This document shows positions 55,835 through 63,632 of a stretch of 64,000 bases of DNA, piece after piece. The notes under the pieces are model-generated. The model had not been told where the DNA came from, did no database searches, and saw nothing but the letters and a program-made list of their open reading frames with translations. The stretch lies in the IMG/VR virus record IMGVR_UViG_3300045988_121070, one strand, 5' to 3'. Position numbers and translations under genes: made by a program. Within the stretch, counting starts at the first letter, position 1; each line of letters opens with the position of its first letter. The stretch is from a virus.

Positions 55835-57304
55835 TCAGGGCAGGCGGTACTGGATTTTAGAGCGGGGGAAGTATTTGCGCACAAGAGAAAACCAGAAGTC
55901 CTGATAGATGCCTTTGGCGATGGTGTTGCCCTGGTCGTCGGTGGTAGGTTCTATCTGGTCGAAGATTTCCTTGCCGGCGAGGGCGACGGTGAGTGTGTGA
56001 GTTTCTTCGTCGTAGCGCTCGATGTTGATCTGACGAGCGCGGAGAGGGGTCTGTGCGCTGAGTTCCTGCATCAGCGAACGCCACCTACTTTCTGCCTGCT
56101 GCTGGACGAAGAGGTCGTACTGACGTTTGCGCTCTACCTCCAAACGGCGAGCCTCGTTGGTCTTATTCTTGACCCATGTCTGCAGGAGGGTGAGGACATA
56201 TTCGGCTACATGGTCTGGCTGTGTCTTCTCCACCTGGCGGCGCACATCATCATAGGCATAGTTGCAGAAGTCGTCGAGCCAGTCGTCAGCAACATCTTTA
56301 GCCACTTCGAGGAGGTCATAGGCATGGAGGTCGGACCACTGACGAGTAAGGGCATTGATGAGTGCCTGTATCTGGTTGTGGCGCTTGCGTTCCTGTTCGC
56401 GTTCGATGCCGAGGGCACCAGGGACAATGACAAACTCGATATGGGTAGGATTTCCCTTTTTGCGCCCATCCTTATAGAGCGGTTCGTAGGTGAAAGAGAA
56501 GTCTATTTTGCGGTCAGCAGAGAACGTATCCATTTCGGCCTTAGAAGGATCGAGAATGAGTTTCTTGACCTTTGAAAACTTATGGAAAGGATTGTCGGTA
56601 GGTTTGACATCGGGCTTCTCGGCCTTATGAGTGGCGACATAGGTAGCATCGTCGATGCCGAGAAATTCGCAGAGTTCGGGGTACTCCACCTCGTTACGTC
56701 CTTTGTACTTGAAGGTGGAGAGATAGATATAGATGCGCGGTGTGCGCTGTTTCTTAGAGAACTGGGCTATGCGGGCGATATGGTCAGTATAGCCACGATC
56801 CATAGAGAGGAAATCGTTGACATTCTCCTTATCCATCTTGACACGGATTTTGCCGGTGCGCCAGCCATTATCAGAGGTAGGCATTTCGATGCGAGAGAAG
56901 AGCGAGGCGAAGACATAGACGGTCTTATTGCCCTTTTTCTTCGGGTAGCCTATCTTCATGCTTACGAGGTCGCCGAGTGCCTGAGCCAGTTCGGGATAGT
57001 GGCCAGGAGTAACACCCAGGTCACGAGCCTCGATCTCGAAGTCAACGGAGGTATTCATTTCCTCTGGTGCAAATAGAGGAAGCCAGAGCTGCTGGTTTTT
57101 TTGGTGTTCGGAGGCAGAATAGGCGATGCGGTCCTGCAACTTTTCGAGTACACCCATGAGGACGCGCTGGTGCATGAGGGAGAAGTCGCCTGCCACCTGA
57201 GCATAGACTTTTGGATTGTAGATCCATTTCTGGTCGCGGAGTTCGCGGATGATGCTATTGTCAGACTTGATGAGCTGCTGCATCTTATCAGTTTTCTTTG
57301 CCAT
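55835..57304 (-). CDS. plasmid-type replication initiator (Rep_3-like, two winged-helix halves)
   Basis: DFSLMHQRVLMGVLEKL ... FEIEARDLGVTPGHYPELAQALGDLVSMKI ... RIYIYLSTF...ELCEFLGI; iterons directly upstream. Confidence 0.6.
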   Translation of the reverse strand: MAKKTDKMQQLIKSDNSIIRELRDQKWIYNPKVYAQVAGDFSLMHQRVLMGVLEKLQDRIAYSASEHQKNQQLWLPLFAPEEMNTSVDFEIEARDLGVTPGHYPELAQALGDLVSMKIGYPKKKGNKTVYVFASLFSRIEMPTSDNGWRTGKIRVKMDKENVNDFLSMDRGYTDHIARIAQFSKKQRTPRIYIYLSTFKYKGRNEVEYPELCEFLGIDDATYVATHKAEKPDVKPTDNPFHKFSKVKKLILDPSKAEMDTFSADRKIDFSFTYEPLYKDGRKKGNPTHIEFVIVPGALGIEREQERKRHNQIQALINALTRQWSDLHAYDLLEVAKDVADDWLDDFCNYAYDDVRRQVEKTQPDHVAEYVLTLLQTWVKNKTNEARRLEVERKRQYDLFVQQQAESRWRSLMQELSAQTPLRARQINIERYDEETHTLTVALAGKEIFDQIEPTTDDQGNTIAKGIYQDFWFSLVRKYFPRSKIQYRLP

Positions 57305-57305
57305 A

Positions 57306-57747
57306 GTTACGAAGATTTACCCCTTAAATGACTGGTTGCTATGACACAGCAACATGCACGGACGGGGGAGAGTTACGGAAAATGACCCCTTACGGAAGAG
57401 TTGCGATGGTAGCACAACATAGAGAACAACTGGGAGAGAGTTACGGAAAATGACCCCTAACGAAGAGAGTGGCCGGAAATGCACCCCACCGTTACCAGGA
57501 ACAGCCCCAAGGTTACGGAGAATGCCACCGAAGGCTACGGAGAAATACCCCACCGAAACGGCAGAAAGCCAGTATTTACGGGGGTTGCGAGCCAATGGAG
57601 GGCGCAGGTAATTATATATTCTTATAATCATATAAAAGAAAATTTATCAATACTATATAATAAATAAAGATATATATCAAGTTTAGGGGTAAAAAAGCGT
57701 AACCCTATGGGGATAAGGAACGTAATTTAGGGGTAAAAAAGCGTAAC
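57306..57747. promoter_or_regulatory. iteron-type replication origin: five direct GTTACG-N7-ACCCC-like repeats, a 76-bp AT-rich block, two inverted copies
   Basis: direct copies at 57306, 57372, 57440, 57512, 57534; AT-rich 57608-57683; inverted ggggtaaaaaagcgtaac at 57686-57703 and 57730-57747; an eighth copy at 55816-55833. Confidence 0.6.
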
Positions 57748-57763
57748 CTATACCCCACCCCAC

Positions 57764-58108
57764 TCAGACGGGATGCCGTTCGCAATACTCCTGAATGGCC
57801 TGTGCCACGATGTCGCCGATGGAGGTACGCTGTCCGGCAAAATACTTCATGCGGTTCAGTTTCTCATAGATTGAGAGCGGTACACGCGTCTGGACGTTCT
57901 TCAGCGGTTCGGTGTTGAGCGTGGAGAAAACACCGACGGAGGTGCCCGATGCTGACGCAGTGGGAGCGGGGGCAGCGGGAGAACCACTTGGAGCGGGTTC
58001 GGCAGACTCAGCACGGACGGAGGACATGATCTGCTCGTGTTCCTCGATAGCGGGGGAACCGGCAACGATGGACTTCTTAGAAGTCTTTTTGAATGATTTG
58101 ACAGCCAT
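57764..58108 (-). CDS. ribbon-helix-helix (ParG/CopG-like) partition or repressor protein
   Basis: C-terminal ...RVPLSIYEKLNRMKYFAGQRTSIGDIVAQAIQEYCERH; disordered N-terminus partly encoded by a hairpin-element-like segment (PSGSPAAP); directly downstream of parA. Confidence 0.5.
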   Translation of the reverse strand: MAVKSFKKTSKKSIVAGSPAIEEHEQIMSSVRAESAEPAPSGSPAAPAPTASASGTSVGVFSTLNTEPLKNVQTRVPLSIYEKLNRMKYFAGQRTSIGDIVAQAIQEYCERHPV

Positions 58109-58110
58109 AA

Positions 58111-58974
58111 TTATTCGGGATTTTGGGTTTTGATGAGTTCGGAAACGAAGTCGCGGTAGTCGTGAGAGGCGGTACATTCGGGGGCATAGGTGAAGATATC
58201 CTCATGCTGGAACTGGCTTTCGCCTACCTTGACACACTGACGTATGCGCGTCTTAAAGATAGTGGTGTCGTACTGGTCGCGGAGGTAGTCGGTAGTCTCA
58301 CGAGCCAGTCGGGTGCGCTCGTCGGCCATGACAATGAGCAAGCCCCGCATATCGAGGTCGGCATTGAGTTTGCGCTTGACATTCTTGTAGGCTTCGACCA
58401 TGCGGCCAATGCCATCGACTGAGAGCGAGCCGAGCTGCACGGGGATGATGACACCAGAGGCGGCAGCGAGCGCGTTGAAGGTGAGTTCGGAGAGTGCGGG
58501 GGCACAATCGATAAGCACATAGTCGAAGGTGTCTTCAATGTATTCGCCATCGAGTGCCTTTGCACCGAGGTAGAGGTGGTCCATGTCGAAGATGTCATTG
58601 CCAAAGAGTGACGAGAGCACCAGCTTGGACTGCATCTGACGATGGAGGTCAGGGTCGATGTCGGACAGTCCAGCAGAGGCAGGGACATAATAGAGACCCT
58701 TGCGAGACTGATAGACAGGCAGGTGGTTGTTGTCGCCATCGCGGAGCGCATCGGCTACGGTGAGAGTGGTGAGGTTCTTAGCGTGGTACTCCTTCATCTT
58801 ATCGCGCCAGCCGAGGAGGGAAGAAAGATTGCCCTGCGGGTCGAGATCGATGCAGAGAATGCGCAGACGGCTGTTGCGCCGAAGAAGACCGGCAGCGACG
58901 TTCTGAACGGTGGTGGTTTTGGCTACCCCACCCTTGTTGTTGGCGAATGCCAGGATTTCTTTAATACGTGCCAT
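58111..58974 (-). CDS. parA: ParA/Soj-family partition ATPase
   Basis: deviant Walker A NNKGGVAKTTT, LLVLIDCAP-like DYVLIDCAPAL; -7 box TAACTTTG (plus-strand caaagtta, 59003-59010). Confidence 0.85.
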   Translation of the reverse strand: MARIKEILAFANNKGGVAKTTTVQNVAAGLLRRNSRLRILCIDLDPQGNLSSLLGWRDKMKEYHAKNLTTLTVADALRDGDNNHLPVYQSRKGLYYVPASAGLSDIDPDLHRQMQSKLVLSSLFGNDIFDMDHLYLGAKALDGEYIEDTFDYVLIDCAPALSELTFNALAAASGVIIPVQLGSLSVDGIGRMVEAYKNVKRKLNADLDMRGLLIVMADERTRLARETTDYLRDQYDTTIFKTRIRQCVKVGESQFQHEDIFTYAPECTASHDYRDFVSELIKTQNPE

Positions 58975-59050
58975 AATGATTTGTTTTTTAGTATTTCTGT
59001 TGCAAAGTTAATCTTTAATTTTGAATTGACAAAATAAAATTGTTATTATT

Positions 59051-59106
59051 TTATGAATTTATGAATATATGAATGTATGAATTGATGAAATTATGAAATT
59101 TTGTGA
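59051..59106. repeat. seven tandem 8-bp units (TTATGAAT-like) upstream of parA; candidate centromere or operator
   Basis: ttatgaat ttatgaat atatgaat gtatgaat tgatgaaa ttatgaaa ttttgtga. Confidence 0.6.
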
Positions 59107-59138
59107 TTTTTGAGGTGCTCTATAACGACATATAGGGG

Positions 59139-59957
59139 CTAACGGTGGCCATAGTCTTCGGGAGCTATACCCTGGGCGGCATTATTGGCGGTGGCCTCCT
59201 TGATGGTGCGTATCATGCCATAGTCGGCAGCGCCTTGTGGCGCTTTGGAGTGAAGCAGATCGGGGCGACGGCTGGGGTCAATGAAGGTATGACCGAGGCC
59301 ACGTTTGCGAGGCATCCAGGGACGGAGGTCGGGATCGTAAGGGTCAATCCAGGAATCGAGGGGTTGGATATCTGAGAACTGAGAGGCACGAGCACGACGA
59401 TCGGCGCGGTCGTAGATATTCTGTGCCCACTGCATCATGGAGTCGAGCGTGGCGAGGATGCCATTGTCGCCGAGCCATTCGGGATCTTCATCAGGAAGCG
59501 GCTGGAGGCAGCCTACGAGTTCGAGATAGACATTAAGACCAGGCACCTTGCAGACGATGCGCGGCTCATCGAGTTCTTCGTCATAGACACGTCCCTGCTG
59601 TTCGATGAGCTGACGGATGGTGATGTCCTGACGGTCGGCCTCGATACGATTGCGGAACGCCTGCTGGCGCTGCTGGAGGTATTCGACGCGGGACTGTTCC
59701 TCACGTTCGGCCATGGCCACCAGTTTAGGGTTGTCGGTGCGTCCGGCAGCTGCTGCTGTCTTGAAGCCGTGGATCTTGCAAGTGATATAAGGCGGACGGG
59801 TGCTGATGATGCAGTCGCCGAGGTCGGAACGCTGCTGATACTTAGTGACGATGAAGGGTGCATGGAACTGCATACCCGACATGAAGTGCTGACTATACTG
59901 TGAGAGTTCGCCATCCCAGATGGGGTTGGGCTGAACGGTGTTGAATTGATTTTCCAT
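59139..59957 (-). CDS. hypothetical protein
   Basis: 272-aa ORF. Confidence 0.5.
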   Translation of the reverse strand: MENQFNTVQPNPIWDGELSQYSQHFMSGMQFHAPFIVTKYQQRSDLGDCIISTRPPYITCKIHGFKTAAAAGRTDNPKLVAMAEREEQSRVEYLQQRQQAFRNRIEADRQDITIRQLIEQQGRVYDEELDEPRIVCKVPGLNVYLELVGCLQPLPDEDPEWLGDNGILATLDSMMQWAQNIYDRADRRARASQFSDIQPLDSWIDPYDPDLRPWMPRKRGLGHTFIDPSRRPDLLHSKAPQGAADYGMIRTIKEATANNAAQGIAPEDYGHR

Positions 59958-60005
59958 TGAATGATGATTTGATGAATTGATGAAATTTGTGATTTGGTAG
60001 GGTGG

Positions 60006-61640
60006 CTATACGCGGAGGGTGCCGGCTATGAGGGGCAGACAGAAGACGGCAGCACCCAGGACTACTGCACCAAAACAACAGAGGACTGCAGCACAGGCGA
60101 CAGTGGCGAGGACTGCGGCGGTGGTGCTATGGTGAGGAGTGGCGGGTTCCTCGGTGGGAGAACCACCGAGCGCTGTGGTAGGAGCGGCTTCTTCGTCAGA
60201 GGCGGCAGGGGTAGCGGGGGCGGGAGCTTCGTCGGAGAAGAGAGAGGGGGCGAGCCAGGCTTCTTCCTCTTCGTCATCGGTGGCGATAGTATCGCCACAT
60301 ACGGGACAATCGGCGGGGGCTTCGTCAGAGGCGGAAGATAAGGGGTTATTTTCCGTAACATTGTCCCCTACCCCAGCCGAGAGCGGCTGAGAGGGAGCGA
60401 CGGCAGAGCCATCGCCTACGGAGGAAACAGGAGCGCCGGCAGAGGCTATAACACGATAGACCTTGGGGGTAATGTCGTTTGACAGACCCACCTCGATGGT
60501 GGCACCTGGATAGATGCCGAGGTCGTTGGCTGTCTTCTCTGAATAGAGGGAGGCGGAATGTACTTCGCGGTAGAGGAGGGTCACAGAGTCGAAGTAGGCC
60601 ACGGGTGTACGCTTGCCACTCTTTCCGACCGTCACCTCTATGCGGCGGCAGGTGGTGATGGCCTTAGCGGGTGCGAACTTATAAGCGATAGAGCCGTGAG
60701 GATGGTGTGCGGTGGCACCGAGGGCGCGGAAATAGTCATCGTGCATGATGCGGAAGACGATACCATCAACGGGAAAGTCGAAAGCGGCACGTTCTGCCTC
60801 GCGTTTCTCCAGGAGCTGTTGAACATCGTCGAGGGTGTGGGCGGTCCATACTTCTGGACGGTGGATGAAGCAAAGGCGGTGGAGGAAGTCGAACTTATGC
60901 CAGGGGTAGCCGAGCGGGGTGCAAGAAAACTGAATCTGACTGCTGATAGCGTCGTCGATATAGGCATCCCAGGGGATGAAGTCGAGCATGGCGAGGTCGA
61001 TAGCGTCTGGTACAGACTGGTTGCAGAGAGCGGAAGCTGCTGTGCGGCAATCGGTGTAACGAGTGGAAAGGAGGTGGAGGTTGCGCTTGCTGCAGACAAT
61101 TTCGCCACGTACCTCGATACGACCGGCGAGGGAGTAGGTGGCACCCGTCTCGCGGAGCTGCTGAGGGATGGAGGGGATGCAGAGGGCATGGGCGGTGATG
61201 TCCTGCCCTACCCTACCATCGCCACGAGTGGCGGCGCTGATGAGTTGGCCATCCTGATATACGAGAGAGCATGAAATGCCGTCGTACTTCCACATGGCTA
61301 CGAGCTTGTAACCGCCAGTGTGGTTGTCGCCGGTGAGGGCGTTCATGCGCTGGTTGGTCTTGTTGATCCATGAAGCAACCTTCTGAATGTCCTGAGCCTT
61401 CTGACAGGAGAGCATGGGGGTGCGGTGAGCGATACGGCCATTGCCATTGAGGTCGGAGCCTACCTGCTGGGTGGGACTGTCTGGGAGGATGTGTGAGGGA
61501 TTGAGGCGTTCGTACTGCTCGATCTGAGCGACGAGGGCATCAAACTCGGCATCGCTCACAACGGGAGCGGATGCGACGTAGTACATGTGGGAGTAGTAGT
61601 TGGCGCGGCCAACGGCGTTGATGTAATCTGAATGTGTCAT
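60006..61640 (-). CDS. ligA: NAD-dependent DNA ligase (adenylation + OB domains) with a non-canonical low-complexity, hydrophobic C-terminus
   Basis: Ia domain YYVASAPVVSDAEFDALVAQIE, adenylation Lys in MWKYDGIS; no HhH/BRCT recognisable; palindromic element at 60279-60389 is in frame. Confidence 0.8.
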   Translation of the reverse strand: MTHSDYINAVGRANYYSHMYYVASAPVVSDAEFDALVAQIEQYERLNPSHILPDSPTQQVGSDLNGNGRIAHRTPMLSCQKAQDIQKVASWINKTNQRMNALTGDNHTGGYKLVAMWKYDGISCSLVYQDGQLISAATRGDGRVGQDITAHALCIPSIPQQLRETGATYSLAGRIEVRGEIVCSKRNLHLLSTRYTDCRTAASALCNQSVPDAIDLAMLDFIPWDAYIDDAISSQIQFSCTPLGYPWHKFDFLHRLCFIHRPEVWTAHTLDDVQQLLEKREAERAAFDFPVDGIVFRIMHDDYFRALGATAHHPHGSIAYKFAPAKAITTCRRIEVTVGKSGKRTPVAYFDSVTLLYREVHSASLYSEKTANDLGIYPGATIEVGLSNDITPKVYRVIASAGAPVSSVGDGSAVAPSQPLSAGVGDNVTENNPLSSASDEAPADCPVCGDTIATDDEEEEAWLAPSLFSDEAPAPATPAASDEEAAPTTALGGSPTEEPATPHHSTTAAVLATVACAAVLCCFGAVVLGAAVFCLPLIAGTLRV

Positions 61641-61697
61641 AATTGTTTTCTGTTTTTTAGTGAAACGGTGAATAACTGGGGGTGGTATAACGGGAGG

Positions 61698-62528
61698 TTA
61701 GTCGGAGATCATACAGTCGAGAGCGAGGGTGTAATTCCAAGTGTCGTATGAATAGTGAGAGACGTGGCGGTCTAACAGTTCGTAGTAGCTGATATCGTAA
61801 GTAGAAGTGCGGATAAACTCGTTATCGCCAACCTCTTTGTCTTCGATTTCCTTAACCTTCTCGAAGAGTGCATGGGCGGCCATGTCTTCAACCATTTCGT
61901 CAGATGCGGTCTCGCGGAGGAAGTCGGCATACTCTTTGAATGAGCCAAAGGTAAGGGCGTTGTCATCGCGATTTTCCAGGATATTCTGGAAGTCGTATAA
62001 CTCGTAGGCTGTGCCCTGAGACTCCCAGAGCTGCCAGCCATCCTTGCGACGGAGCGATACAACCTCTACGCCATAGAGTTCGGCCATACGTTCCATGCTC
62101 TCGAAGGTGGCATCCTTATCATTCAGGAGGACACAACCACGAAGGCCACGGGGATAGCCATTCATACCCTCTGTAATCTCGGCACACTCTAAATCGTAAT
62201 CGTCTGCAATCATGTCGCGGAGGTCGTAGCTGCTGGTGATGTAGTTGTCGGGGTCGATAGCCAGGCAAATGAAGTCATTACCACGGAAGAGCGTCCAGAT
62301 GTCACAGTCGGAGTGCTCAGAACGAAAATTCTGGTCGGCCACGTCTTCGTCATCGTCGGCGGTATTGTAAGCCAGAAGAGACAGGCGGAGTTCGCGGAAG
62401 TCGTCTTCAGAAGTATAGGCACCACCCTCGGAGCTGTTGGCTACCATGTAGTAAGGAACAGAACCACCCTGACGAATGGTATTCAAAACTGCGTTTACCA
62501 CTTTATAAAAATCTGCTGAATGTTTCAT
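61698..62528 (-). CDS. acidic hypothetical protein
   Basis: 276-aa ORF, Asp/Glu rich; ATGAAT-type leader repeats at 62541-62572. Confidence 0.5.
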   Translation of the reverse strand: MKHSADFYKVVNAVLNTIRQGGSVPYYMVANSSEGGAYTSEDDFRELRLSLLAYNTADDDEDVADQNFRSEHSDCDIWTLFRGNDFICLAIDPDNYITSSYDLRDMIADDYDLECAEITEGMNGYPRGLRGCVLLNDKDATFESMERMAELYGVEVVSLRRKDGWQLWESQGTAYELYDFQNILENRDDNALTFGSFKEYADFLRETASDEMVEDMAAHALFEKVKEIEDKEVGDNEFIRTSTYDISYYELLDRHVSHYSYDTWNYTLALDCMISD

Positions 62529-62578
62529 AGTTGTATGTTTTAATGAATTGATGATTTGATGAATGTATGAATGAATAA

Positions 62579-62995
62579 TTAGATTTGCCAGCGGTTTTCG
62601 AGGTAGTCCCAGATGGCTTTTGCATCGAGGTCAGTCAGTGACTGCCAGTTGCGGGCTGCATCCTGTTCGCGCTCAAAGTCGGCACGGTCATTCGCCAGGC
62701 ACTTGTTATAGGCTTCGAGGTCTTCGGGATCTGCATCGTCGCCAGGCTCATCGTCGGCCCATGAGCTAAACAGGTTCTCCCACTCATCGAAACTGGTAAC
62801 GTCTGTACCCAGCGTTACTAACGACAGAGCTGCATCGAGCAACAGTCGGGCGTAGTCTTCTTCTGTCTCAAAAGAGCACTCAGTATTGACTGCATCAGAT
62901 AGCACGAAGTGGCCACGTTCTAACGCTACGGTCATGGTGTCGCCCTGAACGGTGACTTCCAGTTGGTTGTTGAAATTGTCGATTGTTACTTTCAT
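62579..62995 (-). CDS. small highly acidic hypothetical protein
   Basis: 138-aa ORF; -7 box TATCTTTG (plus-strand caaagata, 63057-63064). Confidence 0.5.
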   Translation of the reverse strand: MKVTIDNFNNQLEVTVQGDTMTVALERGHFVLSDAVNTECSFETEEDYARLLLDAALSLVTLGTDVTSFDEWENLFSSWADDEPGDDADPEDLEAYNKCLANDRADFEREQDAARNWQSLTDLDAKAIWDYLENRWQI

Positions 62996-63232
62996 ATTCT
63001 TTGTTTATTTGTGAGGGCTGACCCTCGGTTATACATATTGTTTATGTTTTACGTTGCAAAGATACGAATATATTTTGATACTACCAAATATTTTTCGAGA
63101 AAAATTTGATTTTTGGCGAAAATTTTTTGTTTTAGGGGAAATTTCCCGCTATTTTCCGCTATTTTCCGCTACGGTCGCTATGACATAGCGACATACGGAA
63201 CAGGCCCAGCCGAGAACGGCTGGGAGTGGTGG

Positions 63233-63577
63233 CTACTGGGCAGGATGTGTGGCAGCCCAGTAGTCGGCAGCTGCTTGGAGGCAGTCGCGGAGAATGGCGG
63301 CGACATGCTGGTAGTTCTGGCGGGTGATGGGGATGGTGGGGTGCTCATCGGAACCACCACCGGCCTGAATAGCCACGAAGTCGGTGCGCCCTGAGACGGT
63401 GGCTACTCCCCCACCCCGCTTGTTGAGCGCTTCGAGAATGAGGGAGCGTTGAGAGTCGGGTGTGGGGATAATCTGGACGTTCATCCAGGGGTATTCGTTG
63501 GCGGTGAGCAACGGGTACTGATGGCCGTGGTCGCCGGTGGCTGTGGAGAGGGTGAATGTGTAGGGATAGTGTGACAT
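63233..63577 (-). CDS. hypothetical protein
   Basis: 114-aa ORF flanked by B-type hairpins (63205-63224, 63596-63615). Confidence 0.45.
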   Translation of the reverse strand: MSHYPYTFTLSTATGDHGHQYPLLTANEYPWMNVQIIPTPDSQRSLILEALNKRGGGVATVSGRTDFVAIQAGGGSDEHPTIPITRQNYQHVAAILRDCLQAAADYWAATHPAQ

Positions 63578-63632
63578 GATGTTTTCTGATTTAGTCCCAG
63601 CCGAAAGCGGCTGGGAGGTGTGGATATTATGA

